From an uncultured Myxococcales bacterium (GTDB taxonomy: Bacteria > Myxococcota_A > Polyangia > Polyangiales > Ga0077539), in assembly GCA_966212315.1 (NCBI GenBank), contig CBIHQZ010000001.1, positions 1 through 39,983 of the forward strand: a DNA stretch of 39,983 bases. Direction: 5' to 3'. This document shows positions 18,238 to 26,852 of this stretch, one piece after another; within the stretch, counting starts at the first letter, position 1; every line of letters starts with the position of its first letter. The translations under genes were made by a program, and so were the position numbers. Under the pieces are notes generated by a model. That model saw nothing but the letters and a program-made list of their open reading frames with translations, had not been told where the DNA came from and did not search any database.

Positions 18238-20205
18238 ATGCGTTCAACCACGGTATCGCGGTCATCGCTCGCGCTCGTCGCGCTCTCGCTTCTCGCATGC
18301 AGCGCCCCGCAATCGAGCACCCGCACCGGCGCTTCGACAGCGACCTCGACGCACGCTCCATGGCATCCGACCGCCGGCGCAACGATCGAACAGCTGCTCA
18401 ACGTGCATCGCGCCTGGCACGCGTATCCGTCGCGAGATGGTCATCTCGTGGCGTTCGCGTCCGATGCACCCGGCGTCGCGCAGCCGTTCTATGCCGAAGC
18501 CACGAATGAGCCTGCCGCCGAGTCAGCATGGCATCGGATCGCATCGTTCGCCGATCGCACCGACTTCGTCGCGCTCACCGCCGACGATCGCAGCTGGCTC
18601 TTCGGGCACGATCACGGCGGCGACGAGAACGTGCAGATCTTCCGTCAGCCGGTCGGCGCGGCGGGCGAGCCGCAGGATCTCTCGCAGCAACCGCGGGTCA
18701 AGTTCATGTTCGGCACGCTGCGCGACGACGGCGCGGTCTTCGCGTACGCGTCGAACGAACGCACCGGCGCCGACTTCGATCTCTACGTGCGCGCAGTCGA
18801 CGGCGCTACGCCGGCGCGGCGCGTGTTCGACGCTCGAGGGCACTTCGAGGCGCGTGACTTCTCGCCCGACGGTCAGCTCTTGCTCGCGATCGAGGAACGT
18901 TCGGGCTTCGATCACGACATCCACGTGATCGACCTCGCGACCGGCGTCGCGCGTCGGCTCACTGCGCATCAAGGCGACGAGCGTTTCGACTCACCGCAAT
19001 TCGGCTTCGAACGCGCGGGTGCGAATCCGCGCACTGCGCCGGCGATCTACGTGCTCTCCGATCGCGGTCGCGAGTACGTGAATCTCGCGCGTCTCGACGA
19101 GAGCGGCTTGCACTTCCTCGCCGACGACGACCACGACGTGGACTACCTCGCCGTCTCGCACAGCACCGACGCGATGGCGATCGCGACCAATGTCGACGGC
19201 TACCACCACATTCGTCTGCTCACGCAGGGAAGCGCGCCGCACGACATCAGTACGGTCGATCTCCCGCCGCTCGTCGTCAGCGATCTTCGCTTCTCGGCCG
19301 ACGGTCGCGCACTCGCGGTGACCGGCAGCCGCGCATCTCGTCCCGACGAGGTGTACCTGGTCGACGTCGCGACCGGGCACTCGCGTCGCGTCACCGCCAG
19401 CGATCACGCGGGCCTCGACGAATCAGCGCTCGTGGAGCCCGAATTCGTCCGCGTTCCGAGCTTCGACGGCGTCGAGATCCCGCTGATGATCTATCGCCCT
19501 CGCAACCTCGCGCCGGGCGCGCGCGCGCCGGTGGTGGTCTCGGTGCACGGCGGCCCCGAATCGCAGGCGACGCCGGTTTTCTCGCCCGTCACACAGTATC
19601 TCGTCGGCCACGGTTACATCGTCGTCACGCCGAACGTGCGCGGGTCGACCGGCTACGGAAAGCGCTTCGCACATCTCGACGATCGCGGTCATCGCGAGGA
19701 CAGCGTTCGCGATCTGCACGTCGTGAACGAGTGGCTGCGTCATCGCCCCGACGTCGACCCGACGCGCCTCGCGGTGATGGGCGGAAGCTACGGCGGCTAC
19801 ATGACGCTCGCAGCGATCACGCTCTATCCGGAAGACTGGTCGGTCGCGTGCGACATCGTGGGCATCGCGAACTTCCGCACCTTCCTCGAGCGCACCGCCG
19901 CGTATCGACGCGCGCTCCGCGAGGCCGAGTATGGCTTCCTCGCGACCGACGGCGAAATGCTCGATCGCGTGTCACCCATTCATCGTGTCGACCGCATCCG
20001 CACGCCGCTGATGGTCATCCACGGCACCAACGATCCCCGCGTCCCGGTGACCGAGGCCGAGCAGATCGTCGCCGCGTTGCGCGGACGCCAGCAGCGCGTC
20101 GAGTACCTTCGCTTCGACAACGAAGGCCACGGACTTTCGCGCCGGGAAAACCGCATCCGCGGCTACGGCGACATGGTGCGTTTCTTCGACGACGTGTTGC
20201 GCTGA
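18238..20205 (+). CDS. S9 (prolyl oligopeptidase/acylaminoacyl-peptidase family) serine peptidase, lipoprotein
   Basis: ATG 18238 begins MRSTTVSRSSLALVALSLLACS (lipobox LLAC). The N-terminal part is beta-propeller-like. The catalytic Ser motif is GGSYGGYMT, with Asp in IHGTNDPRV and His in DNEGHGL. Confidence 0.85.
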   Translation: MRSTTVSRSSLALVALSLLACSAPQSSTRTGASTATSTHAPWHPTAGATIEQLLNVHRAWHAYPSRDGHLVAFASDAPGVAQPFYAEATNEPAAESAWHRIASFADRTDFVALTADDRSWLFGHDHGGDENVQIFRQPVGAAGEPQDLSQQPRVKFMFGTLRDDGAVFAYASNERTGADFDLYVRAVDGATPARRVFDARGHFEARDFSPDGQLLLAIEERSGFDHDIHVIDLATGVARRLTAHQGDERFDSPQFGFERAGANPRTAPAIYVLSDRGREYVNLARLDESGLHFLADDDHDVDYLAVSHSTDAMAIATNVDGYHHIRLLTQGSAPHDISTVDLPPLVVSDLRFSADGRALAVTGSRASRPDEVYLVDVATGHSRRVTASDHAGLDESALVEPEFVRVPSFDGVEIPLMIYRPRNLAPGARAPVVVSVHGGPESQATPVFSPVTQYLVGHGYIVVTPNVRGSTGYGKRFAHLDDRGHREDSVRDLHVVNEWLRHRPDVDPTRLAVMGGSYGGYMTLAAITLYPEDWSVACDIVGIANFRTFLERTAAYRRALREAEYGFLATDGEMLDRVSPIHRVDRIRTPLMVIHGTNDPRVPVTEAEQIVAALRGRQQRVEYLRFDNEGHGLSRRENRIRGYGDMVRFFDDVLR

Positions 20206-20206
20206 A

Positions 20207-20590
20207 CTACTCGGTAGCGCCCGCGTCGTTGCATCCCATCTGGATGCAGTTGCCCGTGTTGTTGCAGTGCAGCGTGCAGCCGCATCCGGCGCAATTCAGG
20301 ATGCAGTTGCCGGTGTTCTCGCAGGTGAGATCGCACCCGCCGCCCGCGCAATCGAAGTTGCAGTTCGTCGTCCCGCCGCAGCGGAAGTGACAGTTGCCGC
20401 CGACGCAGGCGCGGTCGCAATTGCCGATGCCCGAGCACATGCACGCGGACGCATTCGGGTCGGCCGACGTGCAGTCGTTGCTCGAGGAATTGCCGATCAT
20501 GCATCCGCCGAGCGCAACACAGAGCATCGCGAAGAGCGCGGCGACCAACAAGCGGGCCGGATTCGAGAGACGAGATGAGGTCTGGCTCAT
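20207..20590 (-). CDS. small cysteine-repeat lipoprotein (7 tandem G-N/G-C-x3-C units)
   Basis: ATG 20590 has GGAG 9 nt upstream. The signal peptide and lipobox are LLVAALFAMLCVALGGC. The mature part is about 97 aa with 18 further Cys arranged as GNCDRAC/VGGNCHFRC/GGTTNCNFDC/AGGGCDLTC/ENTGNCILNC/AGCGCTLHC/NNTGNCIQMGC. Confidence 0.7.
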   Translation of the reverse strand: MSQTSSRLSNPARLLVAALFAMLCVALGGCMIGNSSSNDCTSADPNASACMCSGIGNCDRACVGGNCHFRCGGTTNCNFDCAGGGCDLTCENTGNCILNCAGCGCTLHCNNTGNCIQMGCNDAGATE

Positions 20591-20592
20591 GA

Positions 20593-20619
20593 ATGGGATC
20601 TCCGGGTGAGAGATCCCAT
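20593..20619 (-). promoter_or_regulatory. perfect 10-bp inverted repeat covering the ribosome-binding site of the Cys-repeat lipoprotein gene
   Basis: On the mRNA strand it reads C-ATGGGATCTC-TCACCCG-GAGATCCCAT-TC-ATG. The GGAG Shine-Dalgarno spans the loop/3'-arm junction, and the 3' arm ends 2 nt before the start codon. Confidence 0.5.
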
Positions 20620-20627
20620 GGTACGCG

Positions 20628-20655
20628 CGACGCGCGCTGATCTGCCCGCGCGTCG
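20628..20655 (-). terminator. GC-rich hairpin just downstream of skp (9-bp stem, 10-nt loop), no U-tract
   Basis: cgacgcgcg (20628-20636) pairs perfectly with cgcgcgtcg (20647-20655). It starts 9 nt after the skp stop (20664). Confidence 0.3.
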
Positions 20656-20663
20656 AGATCGCG

Positions 20664-21437
20664 CTAGCGCGCGCCGGCGTCGCGTCGATAGAAGACACCC
20701 GGGAGTGCACCGCCACCGCCACCACCCGTCGTGGCTGCGCGGCCTGCATCAGCATTGCCGGCAGGCGCGGGGCCCGGCTCGGTCGCGTCGGATCCCGGAT
20801 CGTTCAACAACCCGCCGTCGCCGCCACTCAGCCCCATGCCGCCCTGCGGCCCGGGTGCCGCGCCCGCGTCGGGAAGACGGATCGGGCCACGCACCGGGTA
20901 CTGCTGGTTGTACTGCTGGATCACTCGATCCGTGAGGTTCAGATGCGTCGGCGCGAAGTGCACCACCTGCTCGTCGACGATGAGCTGGTAGTTGTCCGTC
21001 TGTCCGATCTGACGAACGACGGGCTGCATCTTCGTCAGAATGTTCTTCGTGAGTTCGCCTTCGATCGACTGCAGCTCGCCAGTGTATTGCTGACCGATCT
21101 GCTGCAGCTCCATCACCTGGCGCTGATAGTCCTCGGCCATCTTCTGGAGCCGCGCTTGAGGAAGCGGCGCCGTCGGATGCTCGATGCGGCGCTTGAGACC
21201 TTCGATCGTCTTGGTGCGGCGATCGAGATCCCGCTGCCGGTCGTCGTAGCGGACCTTCAGCGCATCGAACGCGGCGCGGCCTTCGGCTGACTCGGCGACC
21301 GCGCGGCGGATGTCCACCACACCGATGCGAACCTGCGCGTACACACGCGGCGCGGCGACAGCGACGACCGCAGCCGCAGCGAAGGTGATCGCACGAGCGC
21401 GACCGGTAACCAGATGAGCGAGACGGCGAATCTGCAT
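20664..21437 (-). CDS. skp: OmpH/Skp-family periplasmic chaperone with Gly/Pro-rich tail
   Basis: ATG 21437 begins MQIRRLAHLVTGRARAITFAAAAVVAVAAPRVYA (signal). RIGVVDIRRAVAESAEGRAAFDALK is followed by a long coiled-coil region, typical of OmpH/Skp. The C-terminal tail is low-complexity. Confidence 0.75.
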   Translation of the reverse strand: MQIRRLAHLVTGRARAITFAAAAVVAVAAPRVYAQVRIGVVDIRRAVAESAEGRAAFDALKVRYDDRQRDLDRRTKTIEGLKRRIEHPTAPLPQARLQKMAEDYQRQVMELQQIGQQYTGELQSIEGELTKNILTKMQPVVRQIGQTDNYQLIVDEQVVHFAPTHLNLTDRVIQQYNQQYPVRGPIRLPDAGAAPGPQGGMGLSGGDGGLLNDPGSDATEPGPAPAGNADAGRAATTGGGGGGALPGVFYRRDAGAR

Positions 21438-21694
21438 CGACGACAAGTTCTCCTGCACTGTGCGACGCAACGAGACGTCGTTCGATTCAATCGCGCCTCT
21501 TGCGCGGCGCAGGGATACGCCACATGTCCCGGTGATTCAAGAGTGACGCGGCGCCGCACCCGCATTGGCGCGCCCCTCTCGCAGCGCGTGGATCAGGGAT
21601 GACACCGCGCGTTAGCGAAAGTGCGCTTTTCCGCATGGTGCCGCGATGCTAGAGACCGCGCCGATACCGCGAGCCAGAAGGAGCCAGAGCGATC

Positions 21695-22861
21695 ATGGCG
21701 CAGAAAATGTGGGCGCTCACGTACGACAGTGCGAGCGATCCGTGGGAGAGCACGCGGGGGTTGTGGAAGCGCGAGGTCGATCGTCCCGAACTCGACGAAT
21801 CGCGCGATCCGAACGATGCAACGCGAGTGATCGTGAAGCTCCGCTACGCGGGGTTCTGCGGCTCCGATCGCGGCATCTGGTTCCGTCGCGCCTTCGGCGA
21901 CATGATCCGCGACTCGCTCGTTCGTGACGGCAAGACGACCCGCATCGTGGGGCACGAGCTGCTCGGCGAAGTCATCGCGATGGGGAGCGCCGCCGTGAGC
22001 GAGACGCGCGCCAAGGTGGGCGACATCGTCACCACCGAGAGCCATCAGATCTGCGGGCGTTGTTATCAATGCCAGCACGGCGACACCCACGTGTGCGCGG
22101 ACGACAAGATCATCGGCATCACGACCGACGGGTGTTTCGCCGAGTACGCGAAGATCCCGGCGAAGACGCTGTGGCCAGTCGATCTCACCAAGATCCGTCC
22201 CGAGGTCGCGGCCATTCAAGAACCGTTCGGCAATGCGGTGCACTGTGCGCAGCAGGTCGATCTGCGCGGCAAGCGCATCGCGATCTTCGGGTGCGGAACG
22301 ATCGGTCTGTTTCTCATCGCGATCGCGCGCGGCATGGGTGCGAAGACGATCATCGGGATCGAGCCGTACGAGCCGAACGCGAAGCTGGCGAAACGCCTCG
22401 GCGCCGACCACGTGATCACGCCGAGCAGCGATGCGAAGGGCTACGCGCACGACGAGACGGTGGTTCGCAAGGTGCGCGAACTGACCGACGGCGTCGGCGT
22501 CGATGTCGCGTTCGAGATGGCGGGGCCGAATTCGTCGGTGAACAACACCATCGCGGTCGCGCGGCGCGGCGGGCACGCGGTGTTCTTCGGCTTGAAGAGC
22601 GGCGACTTCACGATCGAGAAGTTCGATCGCGTGATCATGAACGGCCTGCAACTGCACGGCGTGGTCGGTCGCCGGATCTTCGAGACGTGGGAGATCACTC
22701 GCTCGATTCTCGAGCGCCGCGAGCCGAACGTTCACGACGCGGTGTGGGACGTGATCCTCAATCGCGGCGAGGGAACCATCGTCGACTTCGCGACGTTCGA
22801 TCGCGAGCGCTTCGAACAAGCACTGCACGACCACACCAAGGTCGTCCTGAAGTTCGCCTAG
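21695..22861 (+). CDS. zinc-dependent medium-chain dehydrogenase (threonine/alcohol dehydrogenase-like)
   Basis: AAGGAG lies upstream of ATG 21695. Motifs are CGSD, the GHE motif (VGHELLGEV), the structural-Zn cluster CGRCYQCQHGDTHVC and the NAD fold IAIFGCGTIGL. Confidence 0.85.
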   Translation: MAQKMWALTYDSASDPWESTRGLWKREVDRPELDESRDPNDATRVIVKLRYAGFCGSDRGIWFRRAFGDMIRDSLVRDGKTTRIVGHELLGEVIAMGSAAVSETRAKVGDIVTTESHQICGRCYQCQHGDTHVCADDKIIGITTDGCFAEYAKIPAKTLWPVDLTKIRPEVAAIQEPFGNAVHCAQQVDLRGKRIAIFGCGTIGLFLIAIARGMGAKTIIGIEPYEPNAKLAKRLGADHVITPSSDAKGYAHDETVVRKVRELTDGVGVDVAFEMAGPNSSVNNTIAVARRGGHAVFFGLKSGDFTIEKFDRVIMNGLQLHGVVGRRIFETWEITRSILERREPNVHDAVWDVILNRGEGTIVDFATFDRERFEQALHDHTKVVLKFA

Positions 22862-22871
22862 AGTCCGCGTC

Positions 22872-23516
22872 GTGCCAGCCGCGTTCGACCTCGCATCGCT
22901 CACTCCGCCCGTCACACGATTGATCGACACGCTCGCGCCCGAGCAGCGCGCGCGGCGCGATGTGCTCGCAAACTACTGCGCGGCGCTCGCGCGATTCGGC
23001 GCGCACACCGATCTCGTGGGCGTGAAGACCGCGGAGACGCTGGCAGAGATCGCGCTCGCCGATTCGCTGGTGCTCGCGCGCCGGGCCGAGTTGTGCGCGG
23101 CGCCCGGATGGGAAATCGGCGCGGGGGGCGCGTCTCTCTCGGTGCCGCTCGCGCTGCTGCTCGACGGATTCACCGGCACGATGGTCGAACCGCGCCAGAA
23201 GCGCGCGACGTTCCTGCGCCTCGCGATGGGCGCGCTCGGACTCGCGAAGCGATTGACGGTGAATCAATCGCGCGTCGACCCGGCGCATCCGCCGCGAGGC
23301 ATCGCACGCAGTGCCTTCGGCCGCGCGGTCTTCGCGCCGGACACGTGGGTGCCGTTGGCGGCCAGTGTGGTGCAGGAAGGTTGCGCGTTCGCGGTGCTCA
23401 CCACCGAGCCGCTTGCCACGCCGACGGGTTACGAAGCGCTGGCGGTCGAGCAGTACGAGCTGCCCTTCGCGAAGTCGCAACGCGTGCTCACCTGGCTTCG
23501 CGCCACGCCACACTGA
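22872..23516 (+). CDS. rsmG: RsmG/GidB-like 16S rRNA methyltransferase (divergent)
   Basis: GTG start 10 nt after the previous stop. RsmG-like blocks are HTDLVG...LADSLVL, WEIGAGGASLSVPLALL and MVEPRQKRATFL. The SAM motif is degenerate relative to canonical RsmG. Confidence 0.55.
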   Translation: MPAAFDLASLTPPVTRLIDTLAPEQRARRDVLANYCAALARFGAHTDLVGVKTAETLAEIALADSLVLARRAELCAAPGWEIGAGGASLSVPLALLLDGFTGTMVEPRQKRATFLRLAMGALGLAKRLTVNQSRVDPAHPPRGIARSAFGRAVFAPDTWVPLAASVVQEGCAFAVLTTEPLATPTGYEALAVEQYELPFAKSQRVLTWLRATPH

Positions 23517-23563
23517 ACGAAACGCCTCCCGCACTTCGCGCGTCCGTGGCAGCGTCCGCCGCC

Positions 23564-25192
23564 ATGCCGCCGACGCGCGATCGACGCTTCGTTCACACCG
23601 TTCTGGTGTTCGTTGCGTTGCTCGCGGTCGCGATCTTCGTGCGCGCGTGGAAGCTCGACGCGATTCCGAACCCGTGCGCCGACGAGGGCAACTGGACCTG
23701 GATCCCGCGCGACGCGCTGCTCGGCCGGCCCGCGACGCTTCCACCCGACGCGCGCTTCGTGCCGATGACCTTCGCGCGAATGATCCAGTTCTCGTTCGCA
23801 CACTTCGGTGTGTCGTTCGCGAGCGCGCGCGCGGTGCTGGCGTTCGGCACCGCGCTCGGAATGCTCGTCACGTTCGCGGGGCTCTCGCGCATGGGATTGC
23901 GCGCGGGTGCGTGCGTAGTGGCAGCCGTGGTGGCCGTGCATCCATGGGCCGTGTGGTGGTCGCGCACGGTGAGTGTTCCGTATGCGTTCGCGATGGGATG
24001 CGCGACCGGAGGGCCGGCGCTCTTTCTCGCGGCGCTGCGCGCGAAGTCGCGGCGCGAACGGGTCGCCCTCGCGATCCTCGCGGGGCAGGTGCTCTTCGTC
24101 GGCATGCACTTCTCGCCGCTGGCGGTGGTGCCGATCGCGGCGTGCGGGCTGTTCATCTTGATCGAACCTGCGCATCGACCGCTGCTGCGCGTGCCGGAGC
24201 TTTACGTCTCGTTCGCGCTCGGATCGCTGCACGCGATTTCCATCGTACGCGGCGCGCTCTCGGTGGCTTCGCGCGGATCGACGCGCCCGGACAGCCAGTT
24301 CGATCACTTCGCCACGCGGCTCTACACCTACTGGCGCACGATCTTCGGCGGTCTCGCCGGCGAGGCGACGGTGCGTCACTTCGTCGGACAGAATCTTCCC
24401 CTCGCGATCGAGCTGGCGATCGTCGCGGTCGCGTTCGTTGGCATCACCATCGCGATCACCCGCACGCTCACGCGGCGCGGCGCCGGCCTCTCCCCGAGGA
24501 ACGAACTGCAGCGCTTCGCCGCGATCTACTTCCTGGTGGCACTGGTCGTGACGCCTTTGATCCTCGCGCCCGCGCGGCCGTGGCAACTGCGCGCGATCGA
24601 TTCGGAACGTTACCTGTTCGCGCTGCTTGCACCGGCGGCGTTGCTGCTCGGTGCACTGGCCGAATCACCGCGGCGTGTGGTGCGCATCGCGGTCATCGCG
24701 ACGTGCGTGTACTTCACGGTGCCGACTTCTCGCATCGCCTACGGACTCGCCGCTGGCGGCGGGCCCGATCGCGGCATCTACGTGCTCGACGGCGGCGGCG
24801 CGTACCGCGGATGGCGAACGCCACGCGAACTCGTGGCGGTGCCATGGCTGATCCAGCGCGAGGTCGAAGCACTGATGCACGGCCAGCGCGCGACCATCTT
24901 CGTCGCGGACTACGCGTTCCATCCGATCCACTTCGTGAACGCCGAGACGAACTACCCGACCGTCGACGTAACGAAGTTCGAGCCCGCGCATCGTCCGGGC
25001 GAGCGCACCTTCTTCGTGATCTGGGACGAAGCGTTGTTCGCGCCCGGCTATCGGCCGACGCGCGATATCACCTGGAACCGCGCGTTGCGTGCGCGAATGA
25101 ACAGCGGCTTCGACGCGGTGCGAATGGTGCGGCGTTTCGTGCAGCCGAATGGCTCGCCGCTGTTCGAAGTGTGGACGGGGATCGCGCGCTGA
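23564..25192 (+). CDS. GT-C fold membrane glycosyltransferase (PMT/ArnT-like)
   Basis: ATG 23564. It has about 10 or more hydrophobic helices. A DE-containing first loop (PNPCADEGNWTW) follows TM1, as in GT39/GT83 enzymes, and there is a soluble C-terminal domain. The upstream in-frame extension to 23093 is Arg-rich and overlaps rsmG. Confidence 0.55.
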   Translation: MPPTRDRRFVHTVLVFVALLAVAIFVRAWKLDAIPNPCADEGNWTWIPRDALLGRPATLPPDARFVPMTFARMIQFSFAHFGVSFASARAVLAFGTALGMLVTFAGLSRMGLRAGACVVAAVVAVHPWAVWWSRTVSVPYAFAMGCATGGPALFLAALRAKSRRERVALAILAGQVLFVGMHFSPLAVVPIAACGLFILIEPAHRPLLRVPELYVSFALGSLHAISIVRGALSVASRGSTRPDSQFDHFATRLYTYWRTIFGGLAGEATVRHFVGQNLPLAIELAIVAVAFVGITIAITRTLTRRGAGLSPRNELQRFAAIYFLVALVVTPLILAPARPWQLRAIDSERYLFALLAPAALLLGALAESPRRVVRIAVIATCVYFTVPTSRIAYGLAAGGGPDRGIYVLDGGGAYRGWRTPRELVAVPWLIQREVEALMHGQRATIFVADYAFHPIHFVNAETNYPTVDVTKFEPAHRPGERTFFVIWDEALFAPGYRPTRDITWNRALRARMNSGFDAVRMVRRFVQPNGSPLFEVWTGIAR

Positions 25193-25702
25193 CTACTTCG
25201 GACCCTTGCCGCTCGCGATCCACTGGTTCATGAAGGTCGCGCTCTTGTCCCATCCGTCGCGCAGGTTCTTCTCCGCCGCGCCCTCGATCACGCCACCGAG
25301 ACCGAAGACCTTCGCTTCGATGATGATGTCCGCCACGCGACGGACCTTTCCCGGGCCCGCGGCTTCGATGCGCATCGAGCCCTCGTTGCGCATTTTGTCG
25401 GCCAGCGTGCTGGGGGTCATCTTCCACGTCCACAGCTTGTTCTTGCGGTCGAGGCGACCTTCTTCCGTGTACGAAAATCCCGACCCCATCAGCTTCGCGA
25501 CCGGGCCCGGCATGTCCACCTTCGGCTGCCCGTGGACCTTGCGGATGATCTCGTTGTCGTTCTCGCGATAGTCGGTGATCTCGAACTTCGGGAACTGGAG
25601 ATGGTCGCGAAAGAGGGTCTCGTTGAAGGTCTTGTCGAAGAAGATCTTCCAGAAGGTTTCCGGGTCGCAGTTGATCTCGTGACTCACCGTGAACTTCGCC
25701 AT
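25193..25702 (-). CDS. SRPBCC/START-like protein (DUF2505-type, assigned from memory)
   Basis: MAKFTVSHEINCDPETFWKIFFDKTFNETLFRD...VFGLGGVIEGAAEKNLRDGWDKSATFMNQW. About 169 aa. It is clearly paralogous to the next gene. Confidence 0.6.
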   Translation of the reverse strand: MAKFTVSHEINCDPETFWKIFFDKTFNETLFRDHLQFPKFEITDYRENDNEIIRKVHGQPKVDMPGPVAKLMGSGFSYTEEGRLDRKNKLWTWKMTPSTLADKMRNEGSMRIEAAGPGKVRRVADIIIEAKVFGLGGVIEGAAEKNLRDGWDKSATFMNQWIASGKGPK

Positions 25703-25749
25703 CACACGCTCCTGATTGTTTCGATCGAACGGCCGCGCTGTCTAACGGA

Positions 25750-26253
25750 TCAAAGTCCCTTGTCGGCGATCCACTTGTTCGTGAACTTCGCCGCGGCGTC
25801 GTAGTTCTCCTGCAGGCTCTTGCCCACGAAGCTCTCGACCATGCCGCCCACGCCGAAGATCTTCACTTCGACGTTCATGTCGAACACGCGCCGCACCCGC
25901 TTCTCGCCCACCGGTTCGATGCGCAGCTCGCCGTCGGTGCGAACCTTGTCGGCCATCGCGCCGCTCACGACCTTGAAGCGGTAGCGCTTCGCGGTCTTGT
26001 CGAACGTGCCCTCTTCGACGTACGCGAGCTTGCCGCCCACGAGTTTCTGAATCGCAGCAGGCGCGTCCTGCTTCGGCACCACGCGCACGCGACGCACCAC
26101 CGTGTTGCCCGTGTCGCGCTCTTCGAGCACTTCGTATTCGGGGAACCCGAGGCCCTGGAGGTAGAGGGCTTTGTTGTATTCGGGGTCGAGGAAGATCTTG
26201 TTCCAGAACGTGTCGGCGTCGCAGTGGAACTCGTGCGCGTAGGTGGCCTTCAT
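25750..26253 (-). CDS. SRPBCC/START-like protein (DUF2505-type), tandem paralog
   Basis: ATG 26253 begins MKATYAHEFHCDADTFWNKIFLDPEYNKALY...IFGVGGMVESFVGKSLQENYDAAAKFTNKW. It is collinear with the 25193-25702 product. Confidence 0.6.
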   Translation of the reverse strand: MKATYAHEFHCDADTFWNKIFLDPEYNKALYLQGLGFPEYEVLEERDTGNTVVRRVRVVPKQDAPAAIQKLVGGKLAYVEEGTFDKTAKRYRFKVVSGAMADKVRTDGELRIEPVGEKRVRRVFDMNVEVKIFGVGGMVESFVGKSLQENYDAAAKFTNKWIADKGL

Positions 26254-26296
26254 GCGAGGCGCGACGCTATCACAGCGCCAACGCCGCGGAGAACGC

Positions 26297-26710
26297 TCAG
26301 CCCTTGGCGGCGGACTTCGAGTGACCGCCACCCTTGCGGGCCGCGAGGACCTTCTTGATCTTCGCGTCGAGGTCGGTGAACTCGAACGGCTTGTCGAGTT
26401 TCTCGTCGGCACCGTAGAGCGGCGACGTCAGCGCGTTGAGCGCCTCGCCGATCGCGGTGAGCATGATGATCCCGGTGTTCTCGAGCGAGCTGTCGTCGCG
26501 CACTCGCTTCGCGACTTCCCACCCCGAGAGGCCGGGCATCATCACGTCGAGGATCATCAGGTCGGGCTGATGCTTTCGCGCGAGCGAAAGCGCTTCCTCG
26601 CCGTCGCGCGCCTCGATGAGCGTGCACTTCGTCTTGCGGAGATGCTGGGAGAGAATCGCCAGGAGTTCGACGTCGTCGTCGGCCACGAGGATCTTGGGAG
26701 TGTCGGCCAT
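26297..26710 (-). CDS. single-domain response regulator (CheY-like receiver)
   Basis: ATG 26710 begins MADTPKILVADDD. The phospho-acceptor is in DLMILDVMMPG, with a conserved Thr in IMLTA and Lys in LDKPF. There is no output domain. Confidence 0.85.
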   Translation of the reverse strand: MADTPKILVADDDVELLAILSQHLRKTKCTLIEARDGEEALSLARKHQPDLMILDVMMPGLSGWEVAKRVRDDSSLENTGIIMLTAIGEALNALTSPLYGADEKLDKPFEFTDLDAKIKKVLAARKGGGHSKSAAKG

Positions 26711-26852
26711 GATGTTCCTCTTCGACGCCGCACGTGGCGTCTTCGTTTCGCAGTCCAAAAGATGGTGCCCGTGGACGTTGGCGAGTGTCAACGCGAACGC
26801 AGCTCGCGCGGGTGTCGAATCACCGGGGTTTCACCGCACGAACCGACGCAGA

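Noticed and set aside
21471-21694. The 224-bp divergent region between skp and the dehydrogenase gene as a possible sRNA or riboswitch.
   Set aside because: It contains only short, imperfect stems (for example around GCGAAAGTGCGCTTTTCCGC). No recognisable riboswitch core or terminator is present. It is most simply a shared promoter region.
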